A stretch of 64,000 nucleotides of DNA, taken from an uncultured Spirochaetota bacterium. Its GTDB lineage: Bacteria > Spirochaetota > Brevinematia > Brevinematales > JAOACQ01. The position numbers were made by a program, and so were the translations under genes. The stretch is taken from NCBI GenBank assembly GCA_963783575.1, contig CAWAOD010000013.1, forward strand, positions 96,001 to 160,000, read 5' to 3'. The first letter of the stretch is position 1; the number at the start of each line of letters is the position of its first letter. Below the pieces are notes generated by a model. The model was not told the DNA's origin and did no database searches. It was given only the letters and a program-made list of their open reading frames with translations. Of this stretch, positions 9,873 through 19,438 are shown one piece after another.

Positions 9873-11633
9873 ATGGACAAACCAAAAAAAATAAATATTA
9901 AAATAAATGATATTCCGCTCATAGTTGAACAGGGGATATCTATTCTTGAAGCGGCAAAAAGGGTACAGATAAATATACCTAAACTTTGCCACCATCCCGA
10001 TCTTCCCCCGAGTGCCGCATGCGGATTATGTATCGTTAAGATCAAAGGTTCTGCGAAAATGACTCGTTCATGCGCGACTCAAGCTGAAGAGGGAATGGAA
10101 ATCATTACACATGACCCCGAGATTTATGAAATACGGAGAACTGTCCTCGAACTCATACTTTCAAATCATCCGAACGATTGTCTTCAATGCCCGAGAAACG
10201 GGAATTGTGAACTACAGCAGCTTGCCGGGGATTTCGGGATACGAGAAGTGCCTTTTACACGAATGCTTTCGAATATTCCGGCCGATCATTCTACAGCGTC
10301 ACTTGTTTTAAATCCTGAAAAATGCGTCAAATGCGGGCGGTGTGTGGAAGTCTGCCAGATTATGCAGAATGTCTGGGCGATAGAATTCATAGGCAGAGGC
10401 TACGATATGAGAATTGCTCCTTCAGCCGATGTAAGACTGAACGACAGCCCATGCATAAAGTGCGGCCAGTGTACGGCTCATTGTCCTGTCGGCGCTTTAT
10501 ACGAAAAGAGCGATAATACAAGGGTCTGGGAAGGTCTCAGAAACCCGGATTTACACAAAGTCGTACAGATTGCGCCGGCGACAAGGGTCGCTCTTGGAGA
10601 GGCGTTCGGACTTGAACCGGGCGTTGTTACAACTAAAAAAATGTATACAATATTAAGGCGTCTGGGCTTTGATGCCATATTTGACACAAACTTCGGCGCC
10701 GACCTGACAATTATGGAAGAAGCCTCCGAGTTCGTAGAGCGTTTTGTCAATAAAAAAGGGTGTATGCCTCTCATAACCACATGCTGCCCGGCCTGGGTCG
10801 ATTATCTTGAAAAATTCTACCCCGAGATGATCCCCCATTTTTCCTCGGCTAAATCCCCTCATGAAATGACCGGAGTACTTTCAAAAACATATTATGCGGA
10901 AAAGAATGAAATCGATCCATCCAGGATATTTATGGTTTCAATAATGCCCTGTACAGCTAAAAAATATGAGATTTCCAGAACTGACGAAATGTTTGCAAGC
11001 GGTTATCAGGATATTGACGTGGTTTTGACCACCCGCGAACTTTCCAGAATGATAAAGGCATCTGGAATAGACTTCTTAAAACTGCCCGATTCCGAACCGG
11101 ATTCGATCCTCGGCGATTATTCAGGTGCAGGAACCATCTTCGGAGCAACCGGGGGAGTCATGGAAGCTGCCCTGCGGACAGCTTATCATTTGATCACCGG
11201 TAATGAGCTTCAGAATGTGGATTTGATGGAAACAAGAGGGCTTGCAGGTATTAAAACCGCTACTATTGACATTAATGGTACCGATGTAAAAATAGCCATA
11301 GCTCATGGATTAGCTAATGTGGCTGCTATACTTGAGGAAGTCAAAAAAGCTCAAAAGAACGGTTCTGAAATGCCCTATGACTTTATAGAAGTTATGGCCT
11401 GCAGGGGCGGTTGTGTCGGTGGTGGAGGACAGCCATACGGAGCCACCGATGAGATACGTAAAATGAGAGCTATGGGACTTTATGAAGACGACCGGGATCA
11501 TAAAATCAGGTGTTCACATCAAAACCCTTATATAAAGCAGCTTTATGATGAATTTCTCGGTACGCCGTTATCCGAGAAGTGCCATAAGCTTTTGCACACA
11601 AAGTATCATGAAAGGCCATTATATAATAAATAA
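9873..11633 (+). CDS. hndD: [FeFe]-hydrogenase catalytic subunit (HndD/HydA, group A)
   Basis: H-cluster motifs TTCCPAW, MPCTAKKYE, EVMACRGGCVGGGGQP; N-terminal FeS domains. Confidence 0.97.
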   Translation: MDKPKKINIKINDIPLIVEQGISILEAAKRVQINIPKLCHHPDLPPSAACGLCIVKIKGSAKMTRSCATQAEEGMEIITHDPEIYEIRRTVLELILSNHPNDCLQCPRNGNCELQQLAGDFGIREVPFTRMLSNIPADHSTASLVLNPEKCVKCGRCVEVCQIMQNVWAIEFIGRGYDMRIAPSADVRLNDSPCIKCGQCTAHCPVGALYEKSDNTRVWEGLRNPDLHKVVQIAPATRVALGEAFGLEPGVVTTKKMYTILRRLGFDAIFDTNFGADLTIMEEASEFVERFVNKKGCMPLITTCCPAWVDYLEKFYPEMIPHFSSAKSPHEMTGVLSKTYYAEKNEIDPSRIFMVSIMPCTAKKYEISRTDEMFASGYQDIDVVLTTRELSRMIKASGIDFLKLPDSEPDSILGDYSGAGTIFGATGGVMEAALRTAYHLITGNELQNVDLMETRGLAGIKTATIDINGTDVKIAIAHGLANVAAILEEVKKAQKNGSEMPYDFIEVMACRGGCVGGGGQPYGATDEIRKMRAMGLYEDDRDHKIRCSHQNPYIKQLYDEFLGTPLSEKCHKLLHTKYHERPLYNK

Positions 11634-11751
11634 ACAGGGAATATTTTGACCAAACCTGTAATGTCAATTAAAATAATTAAACTTTGTTTGGGTTTGATTT
11701 ACTTTATAGTAACTATATTTTTAAGATCTTAATAAAACAGGTTTAGTTAAA

Positions 11752-12246
11752 ATGGATGAATACCGTTTCCTTGAAATGACTGAAAATCATATAATTGATG
11801 TTCTTGAAATTTATAATTATTATATCCTCAACTCTACGGCAACCTTTCACATGCATCCGCTTTCAAAAGAAGAAATTAAACATCTTTTATTTTTTGACAA
11901 TCCCAAACACAGGTCTTTTAAAATAGAAAGCAATGGAAAAACTTGCGGTTACTGCATTCTGCATGGTTATTCCCCCCGTGAGGCTTATGATGGGACCGCG
12001 GAGGTTTCCGTATATTTGAAACCCGGATTTACCGGTAAAGGAATCGGGAGCCTGGCCGTCGATTTTCTTGAAGAATGGGGTAAGAAACAGGAATTACATG
12101 TTCTGATTGCCGGAATTTGCGCTGAAAACACAGCCAGCATTAACCTATTCAAAAAGAAGGGCTTTATTCAGCGCAGTCATTTTAAGGAAACGGGGTATAA
12201 GTTCGGAAGATGGCTGGATGTTTTCCATTTTGAAAAAATTATATAA
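11752..12246 (+). CDS. GNAT N-acetyltransferase (phosphinothricin acetyltransferase/YncA-like)
   Basis: IYNYYILNSTATF, EVSVYL, GKGIGS, ENTASI, GYKFGRWLDV. Confidence 0.9.
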   Translation: MDEYRFLEMTENHIIDVLEIYNYYILNSTATFHMHPLSKEEIKHLLFFDNPKHRSFKIESNGKTCGYCILHGYSPREAYDGTAEVSVYLKPGFTGKGIGSLAVDFLEEWGKKQELHVLIAGICAENTASINLFKKKGFIQRSHFKETGYKFGRWLDVFHFEKII

Positions 12247-12295
12247 CCCTTCGATACTTCGACATGTTCAGTACAGGCTCAGCTCAGGGCAGGCT
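12247..12295. repeat. REP-like palindrome doublet (CTTCGAC...CTCAG family), one nested in another
   Basis: CCCTTCGATA-CTTCGACATGTTCAGTACAGGCTCAG-CTCAGGGCAGGCT; related motifs at 48430-48480 and 58948-59038. Confidence 0.7.
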
Positions 12296-12371
12296 TCTTG
12301 ATTAATGTATTTAAGAAAATACTTTATATTAAAATATGGATGCAACATCATGTTGCCAAGTGAGGTAGATT

Positions 12372-13214
12372 ATGTTCAGGATTTTGGAAAAATATCCGCT
12401 GGGACCAAAGATACACTTTGCGTTGATGGAAGCGCCTTTGATAGCCCGTAAGGCAGAAGCCGGCCAGTTTGTAATTGTCAGGGCATCTGAAAAGGGGGAA
12501 AGAATCCCCCTGACAATAGCGGATTTTGACAGGAAAGCAGGTACGATCAGCCTTGTGTTTCAGGAGATGGGAAAATCGACACATCAGCTCGGCGCTCTGA
12601 AAGCAGGGGATCATTTATTGGATTTGCTGGGCCCGCAGGGAAACCCGACTGAGGTTGAAAATTTCGGTAATGTTGTTCTAATTGGAGGCGGCATTGGAAT
12701 TGCGCCTGTTTATCCGCTTGCTAAAAAATTAAGGGAAAATGGGAACAGGGTTATTACGATCATCGGTTACCGCTCAAAAGAATATGTTTTCTGGGAAGAT
12801 AAAATGAAAGCGTCCTCCGATAGTCTTATTATAGCTACTAATGACGGCTCATACGGGGAAAAAGGGTTCGTTACGGATATGCTAAAAAAATTGATGGAAA
12901 ATAATGATAAAATAGAAAGAATTTTCGCAATTGGTCCTGCGGTCATGATGAAAGCAGTTGCCGATATGACGAGAGAGACAGGTATAACAACTATTGTAAG
13001 CCTGAACTCTCTTATGGTTTGTGGTATGGGTATGTGCGGCGCATGCCGTGTCACCGTAGACAGTAGGACAAAATTCACCTGCATGGATGGCCCGGATTTT
13101 GACGGTCACAAAGTTAATTTCAAAGAATTGATGCAGAGACTTTCAACTTATAAGGACGATGAATTTCAATGCCTAGAAACATGGAAAAGGGAGTGTCAAT
13201 ATGTCGGACAATAA
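12372..13214 (+). CDS. nfnA: NADH-dependent reduced ferredoxin:NADP+ oxidoreductase small subunit
   Basis: GQFVIVR..GERIPLTIAD, GGGIGIAP, MVCGMGMCGACRV...CMDGPDFDGH. Confidence 0.92.
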   Translation: MFRILEKYPLGPKIHFALMEAPLIARKAEAGQFVIVRASEKGERIPLTIADFDRKAGTISLVFQEMGKSTHQLGALKAGDHLLDLLGPQGNPTEVENFGNVVLIGGGIGIAPVYPLAKKLRENGNRVITIIGYRSKEYVFWEDKMKASSDSLIIATNDGSYGEKGFVTDMLKKLMENNDKIERIFAIGPAVMMKAVADMTRETGITTIVSLNSLMVCGMGMCGACRVTVDSRTKFTCMDGPDFDGHKVNFKELMQRLSTYKDDEFQCLETWKRECQYVGQ

Positions 13215-14652
13215 TATGAATAAGACGCCAATCCGTCCAAAACCTGCAGGTCCTAAAAAAACAGCCGTACCTATGAGGGAGCAGCCGCCGGAAGTAAGAA
13301 AAAGAAATTTTGATGAAGTCCCTTATGGATATTCGGAAGAAGAGGCAATGGAAGAGGCGGCACGCTGCCTTCAATGTAAAAATAAACCCTGCATTGCCGG
13401 GTGCCCTGTCTCTATTGAAATACCGGCATTCATTAAAGCCATCCGCAGTAAGGATTATCAAAAAGCCATTGACATTATTCATGAAACCGACTCGCTTCCA
13501 TGTGTTACCGGAAGGGTTTGTCCCCAGGAAGATCAATGCCAGGCTTTTTGTGTTGTAGGTAAAATAGGAGAACCGGTATCAATAGGCAGATTGGAGCGTT
13601 TTGCCGCGGATTGGGAAATGAACCTTAAAACCGGCCAGACTAATTCAACACCGGTTACTTCTACTTTAAAAAATACTAAAGTCGCAATTATCGGGTCAGG
13701 ACCGGCTGGAGTTACATGTGCCGCCGATCTTGCCAGGATGGGATATGAAGTAACTGTCTTTGAGGGCTTTCATAAACTTGGAGGAGTTCTGGTTTACGGC
13801 ATACCGGAGTTCCGTCTTCCTAAGGCTATAGTCCAGGCTGAAATAATAGCCCTTGAAAGAATGGGGGTAAAGTTTGTCACCAATGCACTGATCGGAAGGG
13901 TCTTTACGATTGAGGACCTTATCAAACATATGAATTTTAAAGCCGTATTTATTGCAACCGGTGCCGGGCTTCCGAATTTTATGAACATCCCCGGTGAAAA
14001 TTTAAACGGGGTTTATTCAGCGAATGAATTCCTTACACGTGTAAATCTTATGAAGGCTTATCTTTCAGGGGAATACGATACGCCTGTTATGCGCGGCAGG
14101 AATGTGGCAGTTATAGGCGGCGGAAATGTGGCCATGGATGCGGCGAGAACAGCTTTAAGGCTTGGAGCAGAACATGTTTATCTCGTTTACAGGAGAACCG
14201 AGAAAGAGATGCCCGCAAGGATTGAGGAAGTCCACCATGCGAAGGAAGAAGGAATTGAGTTTATGATTTTAACCGCGCCAATACGCTATATTGGTGATGA
14301 AAAAGGCTTTATCAGGCAGATGGAATGTCTGAAAATGGAATTGGGAGAACCGGATGAATCGGGAAGAAGAAGCCCTATTCCTGTAAAAGGCTCCGAACTC
14401 ATTACTAATGTGGATGAAGCTATTGTCGCGATAGGAACTACTCCAAATCCAATGATACAAAGGACAACCCCGGGCTTGAATTTTAAACGCAAGGGAGAAA
14501 TCGAGGCTGATGAATGGGGGAAAACTTCCATGCCCGGTGTTTATGCCGGGGGCGACATCGTTACCGGCGCCGCTACGGTTGTAACAGCTATGGGAGCAGG
14601 AAGGAAAGCTGCTGTTGCTATTAACCGTTATTTATCTGAATTATTCCGGTAA
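13201..14652 (+). CDS. nfnB: NfnAB large subunit (GltD/GltA-like)
   Basis: RCLQCKNKPCIAGCPV, GRVCPQEDQC, GSGPAG, GGGNVAMD, GDIVTGAATV; overlaps nfnA. Confidence 0.92.
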   Translation: MSDNNMNKTPIRPKPAGPKKTAVPMREQPPEVRKRNFDEVPYGYSEEEAMEEAARCLQCKNKPCIAGCPVSIEIPAFIKAIRSKDYQKAIDIIHETDSLPCVTGRVCPQEDQCQAFCVVGKIGEPVSIGRLERFAADWEMNLKTGQTNSTPVTSTLKNTKVAIIGSGPAGVTCAADLARMGYEVTVFEGFHKLGGVLVYGIPEFRLPKAIVQAEIIALERMGVKFVTNALIGRVFTIEDLIKHMNFKAVFIATGAGLPNFMNIPGENLNGVYSANEFLTRVNLMKAYLSGEYDTPVMRGRNVAVIGGGNVAMDAARTALRLGAEHVYLVYRRTEKEMPARIEEVHHAKEEGIEFMILTAPIRYIGDEKGFIRQMECLKMELGEPDESGRRSPIPVKGSELITNVDEAIVAIGTTPNPMIQRTTPGLNFKRKGEIEADEWGKTSMPGVYAGGDIVTGAATVVTAMGAGRKAAVAINRYLSELFR

Positions 14653-14858
14653 TTTTATCAGCATCTAATCTGATGACTTCATGATTGTATTCTAACCTAT
14701 TTATAATTAAAGCGGTTATTATTTAACCACGTATTCCCATCATGATTAATTATTAAACATTCTTTTATTCATATTAGTATAATCTTCAGCACTCAATTAT
14801 AAACCTATCTATATGCCGGGAATTAAGTTAAAAATTTACACGATAAAATAATACAAAT

Positions 14859-14874
14859 TGGCATAGTATTTGAT
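14859..14874 (+). promoter_or_regulatory. possible sigma54 promoter of amtB-glnK
   Basis: TGGCATAGTATTTGAT; GG-N10 spacing is right but the -12 reads GA instead of GC. Confidence 0.45.
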
Positions 14875-14909
14875 ATAGAAACAAAAATGTATATTTGGAG
14901 GTACCCGGC

Positions 14910-16244
14910 ATGAAGGTATATAAAAAGATAATAATAATTTTAATGATTGTATTTTCGGCAGCCATAATATATGGTCAGGATACAGCCGCGGCGGTAATAA
15001 ATTCCGGCGATACATCCTGGCTTTTAATGTCAAGTGCTCTTGTTTTATTAATGACGGTTCCCGGGCTGGCCCTTTTTTACGGCGGTATGGTCAGGCATAA
15101 AAATATTTTGTCAACGTTTTACTACAGCTTCAGTTCGGCTATTATTGTCAGCGCTCTCTGGGTAATAGTTCAGTATACCCTGGCTTTCGGAAAAGACGCA
15201 GGCGGCATTATCGGATCGCTTGAAAAGGCCTTTTTTAATGGGATCGGAAACAATACCGTTTATCCGGGACAGACCATACCGGAATATGTGTTTTCGGCAT
15301 TTCAAATGATGTTTGCTATAATCACGGTTGCTCTTATATCCGGATCAGTTGTTGAAAGAATGAATTTTAAAGCATGGATACTGTTTGTCATTTTATGGTC
15401 ATTACTGGTTTATACTCCTCTTGCTCATTGGGTCTGGGGCGGAGGCTGGCTATCCAGCATCGGGAAACTTTTCGGCAAACCGGATTTAGGTGTCCTGGAT
15501 TTTGCCGGAGGTCTTGTTGTTCATATTTCATCAGGGATCTCCGCATTAGTTGCTGCGATTTACCTGGGAAAAAGGATCGGTTACCCGAAGGAAGCGATTT
15601 TGCCTAATAATGTGGCAATGACCTTTATCGGAACAGGGCTTCTCTGGTTCGGATGGTTCGGATTCAACGCAGGAAGTGCCATTGCCTCCAACGGACAGGC
15701 GGGAAGCGCCTTTCTGGTCACAAACACCGCGGCTGTTTTTGCATCGATTACCTGGATAATAATAGAATGGATCAGGAATAAAAAACCCAGTATGATCGGT
15801 GGAGTAAGCGGTCTTGTGGCTGGTCTTGCAACAATCACTCCGGCCTCTGGTTTTGTAAGCATCAGGACCGCAATATTAATAGGCATTGCCGCCTCCCTCA
15901 TATCATATTATTTTGTGGCAATTGTGAAGAATCACTTTAAATACGATGATTCACTTGATGTTTTCGGAGTTCATGGAATTGGGGGCACAATTGGAATATT
16001 ATTCGCAGGTCTTTTTGCAAACCCTTCTATCGGAGGAAAAGCTGGACTTTTCTTTGGAGTTCCGGTACAATTTATCATACAGATTATAGGTGCGGCGGCA
16101 GGTTATCTTTTAGCAATTTGTGGTACAATAATAATTCTCTTTTTAATTGAAAAAGTATTCCGTATACCTTTGCGGGTTGTATCGGCAGAAGAAGTAACCG
16201 GTCTCGACCTTGCTCAACACGGTGAAAGGGCTGAAACAAAATAA
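14910..16244 (+). CDS. amtB: ammonium transporter
   Basis: signal peptide, FYGGMVR, FQMMFA, AHWVWGGG, DFAGGLVVH, WFGWFGFNAGS, DDSLDVFGVHG; start ATG 14910 after GGAGG. Confidence 0.97.
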   Translation: MKVYKKIIIILMIVFSAAIIYGQDTAAAVINSGDTSWLLMSSALVLLMTVPGLALFYGGMVRHKNILSTFYYSFSSAIIVSALWVIVQYTLAFGKDAGGIIGSLEKAFFNGIGNNTVYPGQTIPEYVFSAFQMMFAIITVALISGSVVERMNFKAWILFVILWSLLVYTPLAHWVWGGGWLSSIGKLFGKPDLGVLDFAGGLVVHISSGISALVAAIYLGKRIGYPKEAILPNNVAMTFIGTGLLWFGWFGFNAGSAIASNGQAGSAFLVTNTAAVFASITWIIIEWIRNKKPSMIGGVSGLVAGLATITPASGFVSIRTAILIGIAASLISYYFVAIVKNHFKYDDSLDVFGVHGIGGTIGILFAGLFANPSIGGKAGLFFGVPVQFIIQIIGAAAGYLLAICGTIIILFLIEKVFRIPLRVVSAEEVTGLDLAQHGERAETK

Positions 16245-16255
16245 ATGGAGGATTT

Positions 16256-16594
16256 ATGAAAAAAATTGAGGCAATAATACGGCCTGAAAAGTTGGAAAGC
16301 CTGATTGAAAAATTCGACGAGCTTGGATATACCGGAGTAACAGTTACAAACGTAGAAGGTCATGGAAGGCAGAAGGGCGTTAAAGAAATTTTTCGGGGAA
16401 GGGAATATGATATAAAATTCATACCGAAAACTAAAGTAGAGATAATTACTACGGATGAAAAAGCAGAAAAGATAATCAACGCGATTGTCACAACCTCTCA
16501 AACCGGGCAGATCGGTGATGGGAAAATATTTGTAATAAATGTGGAAGACGTTATAAGGGTGAGGACAAAAGAGAGGGGAGAAGCTGCAGTTTAG
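16256..16594 (+). CDS. glnK: P-II nitrogen regulator
   Basis: MKKIEAIIRPEKL, GHGRQKG, GDGKIF; adjacent to amtB. Confidence 0.95.
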   Translation: MKKIEAIIRPEKLESLIEKFDELGYTGVTVTNVEGHGRQKGVKEIFRGREYDIKFIPKTKVEIITTDEKAEKIINAIVTTSQTGQIGDGKIFVINVEDVIRVRTKERGEAAV

Positions 16595-16611
16595 TCATGG
16601 TAAACCCGGTA

Positions 16612-16896
16612 TTAATAGAACTTGATAGTAAAAGAATCGTACTCATTATTGTCAACATTTTCCAGAGTGTATTTCACATCCTCTATATATGACATCTCCG
16701 GGCCTTCCTGCAGTTTAAAGATCAGTTCCGCGATGTTAGCTGGAGTTCCCACGCCCAGGACTTTAACATTACCGTCTGGCAGATTACATACCCAGCCGGT
16801 AATTCCAAGCGAATTCGCTGCTCTTTCGACAAAATACCGGAATCCAACACCCTGAACCCTTCCAATCACAACTGCTTCCAGTTTTTTAAATGCCAT
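16612..16896 (-). CDS. acyP: acylphosphatase
   Basis: GRVQGVGFRY, GWVCNLPDGNV. Confidence 0.93.
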   Translation of the reverse strand: MAFKKLEAVVIGRVQGVGFRYFVERAANSLGITGWVCNLPDGNVKVLGVGTPANIAELIFKLQEGPEMSYIEDVKYTLENVDNNEYDSFTIKFY

Positions 16897-16911
16897 CTTA
16901 ATACCTGTGAT

Positions 16912-17523
16912 TCATTTTGTGAATAATACCGCGCATGCTTCGGAAAATAAATTTGGGTAAAACATATTTTTATGATAACCATTCCCTGTAATATAAAAAG
17001 TTTTAAGAATCTTTATGTCCCTTTTTTTACAAAAATGCTTAAAATCCGCAAGGGTTAATAAATGAATATTCGGCGTATCATACCACTCATAAGGGAGCGT
17101 TTTTGATTTAGGCATTCTACCTGAAAACAATAGATTTTTCCTTACTTTATAATAACCGAAATTCGGAAAACTGACAAGCCCGAATTTTCCGATGCGAAGT
17201 ATCTCATCGATCAATTTATCGGGATATTTTACTTCCTGGATTGTCTGGCTCAATATGACATAATCATAGGTTTTATCGTTAATTCCATTGAATCTCTGGT
17301 TAAGATCATGCTCGATCACCGGAATTCCCTTATCGATACAGCTCATCATTCTTTTAAGATCGATCTCAATTCCCATTCCTTTAACATTCTTCCGATTTAT
17401 CAGATAATCAAGCAGGCTCCCGTCTCCGCAGCCCAGGTCAAGGACGCTGCTGCCCGGCTCGATCCAGTCGGCGATTATAGACAGGTCAAAACGGTTATCA
17501 AGAACCGATAATAATTTTTTCAT
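16912..17523 (-). CDS. metW: methionine biosynthesis protein MetW
   Basis: VLDLGCGDG, DYVILSQT, VSFPNFG, LPYEWYDTPNIH; downstream of metX. Confidence 0.95.
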   Translation of the reverse strand: MKKLLSVLDNRFDLSIIADWIEPGSSVLDLGCGDGSLLDYLINRKNVKGMGIEIDLKRMMSCIDKGIPVIEHDLNQRFNGINDKTYDYVILSQTIQEVKYPDKLIDEILRIGKFGLVSFPNFGYYKVRKNLLFSGRMPKSKTLPYEWYDTPNIHLLTLADFKHFCKKRDIKILKTFYITGNGYHKNMFYPNLFSEACAVLFTK

Positions 17524-17550
17524 TTAATTCTCCAATAATCCCTTTATATA

Positions 17551-18715
17551 TCATGAAGTACGCGGATTGTGCAGATTATAAGTTGCGGATAAAAATGTAC
17601 CGACTATTTCGGATTCAGTCTTTATTTCAAGTAAAAAAGCGTCATGCCCGCAGGATGATTCGATATTTACATATGTTACATCCTTATTCCGTTTGAGAAG
17701 GGCATCAACGATTTCTTCCGATTGATACGGAGGGAACAGCCAGTCCGAACTAAAAGAAACCAGAAGAATCCTGGCCTTGATCCTTTCAAAGGCCTTTTCA
17801 AGTATGCCATCCCCGTAAACCTGTGCGGCATCGAAATAAGCCATAGCTTTTGTGATGTAAAGATAGGTGTTGGCATCGAATCTTTCGACAAACTTTGACC
17901 CCTGATAATCAAGGTAGCTTTCCACCTGGAATTCGTTTGAAAAATCATAGCTGAACTGCTCCTTACTCTGGAGCCTCCTGCCGAATTTCCTGTGCATAGA
18001 TTCATCGCTTAAATATGTAATATGCCCGATCATCCTCGCGATCGATAAACCGTTGGAAGGTAAATCTTTATCATAATAATCGCCATTCATCCAGTTTCTA
18101 TCTGAAATGATGGCATTCCTTCCGACAGCGTCAAAAGCGATGCTCTGCGCTGATAGGCGGCTAGTTGCAGCTATAATTATACTGGATTGAGGCGTATCGG
18201 GATATCTGAGAGCCCATTCCAGGGCCTGCATACCGCCCATCGAACCCCCGATTACGGACAGAAGCTTTTGAATGTCCATATGTTCCAGCAAGACCTTCTG
18301 GCACTTAACCATATCCCCGATCGTAACAACGGGAAAGCGGATTCCATAAGGATTACCGGTTTTGGGGTCAATTGATTTAGGGCCGGTTGAACCCATACAA
18401 CCGCCAATTGTATTTGAACAGACAACAAAATATTTATCCGTATCAAGCATTTTACCTGGCCCGATAGCGTCATCCCACCAGCCGGGTTTATTCCCTATAC
18501 TGACTTGAAAACCGGCGGCATGCGCATCCCCGGACGAGGGCATGGCAGACCAAAATCGCGTTGCTTCTCTCTGGGTTCAATTTTCCGTAGGTTTCATAAG
18601 CAATTGTTATGGGTCCGAAGCGTTTCCCCGAATCCAGTTCAAGAAAGTCTTCTTCTTTTTCGGCAAAAGTAAAATATTGTGTTTCGACAATTCCCATGCT
18701 ATTATTATTGTCCAT
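17551..18715 (-). CDS. metX: homoserine O-acetyltransferase, frameshifted as assembled
   Basis: N-part AYETYG.LN...ILVCHAL continues into SGDAHAAG in another frame (one extra base near 18535); GGSMGG, GHDAFL. Confidence 0.92.
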
Positions 18716-18891
18716 TAATCTAATACCTCTCATATATATTTTAACAGTATAATGAAATTCTGTAAAAGAAAGTAAAATTCAACAAATCTTAAACAAAACG
18801 ATTTTAAAAGAGTTTACTACACTATTCTTTGCGCTTGTCTCTGCGGCACTTTATAATTTTTAATTATAATATTCAAAATTGGCGGATTTTT

Positions 18892-19356
18892 ATGATTGGA
18901 AACGGATTTATCATTACATTGCTGATATTTTTACCGAACATTTTGTTTTTATTATTTAAACCCGTTGAAATTCCGGAAGATTCTTCAAAAAAAACAGGAC
19001 TTTATAATTTTATGACTGCCATCGAATGGATAGGACGGGCGGGAGTTTTGATCTTACCCTTTTTCTATTCTTTCAGATTAATAAATCCCATCAGCTTGTT
19101 TGCATTGTTTTTATTTATAATATTTTTAATTTTTTATTATGCAGGATGGATGCGCTATATTATTTACGGTAGAAAATACAAATTATTATTTGCCCCGTTA
19201 TTTCTGAATATTCCCGTCCCGATGGCCATCTGCCCGGTTTTAGCATTTTTTGCAGGGTCAATTATTCTTGCTTCCTGGCCGCTTGGCGTTGCAAACATTT
19301 TTCTGGGAGTAGGCCATATTTACATCAGTTATACAGATTTTAAAAGAATAAAATGA
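18892..19356 (+). CDS. hypothetical membrane protein
   Basis: several TM helices, PVPMAICPV motif; last codons duplicated at 23991-24032. Confidence 0.75.
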   Translation: MIGNGFIITLLIFLPNILFLLFKPVEIPEDSSKKTGLYNFMTAIEWIGRAGVLILPFFYSFRLINPISLFALFLFIIFLIFYYAGWMRYIIYGRKYKLLFAPLFLNIPVPMAICPVLAFFAGSIILASWPLGVANIFLGVGHIYISYTDFKRIK

Positions 19357-19368
19357 CAAATTCCTAAG

Positions 19369-19400
19369 AAAAAATGGGCAAGCCCATAAAACCTGCCCAT
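19369..19400 (-). terminator. intrinsic terminator
   Basis: minus strand ATGGGCAGG...CTTGCCCAT followed by TTTTT. Confidence 0.65.
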
Positions 19401-19438
19401 AATTTTAATAATGATAATCTGAAAAATTTCAGTCTCTT

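Noticed and set aside
12341..12356. TGCAACATCATGTTGC upstream of nfnA, similar to the 32606 element end
   Set aside because: A single 16-bp match without the second hairpin or a partner; cannot distinguish operator, relic or chance
13201..14652. Glutamate synthase small subunit, given amtB-glnK next door
   Set aside because: No gltB, and it overlaps an NfnA-type gene, so NfnAB fits better
18716..18890. SAM riboswitch upstream of metX
   Set aside because: No SAM-I core or other conserved motif visible in the AT-rich spacer
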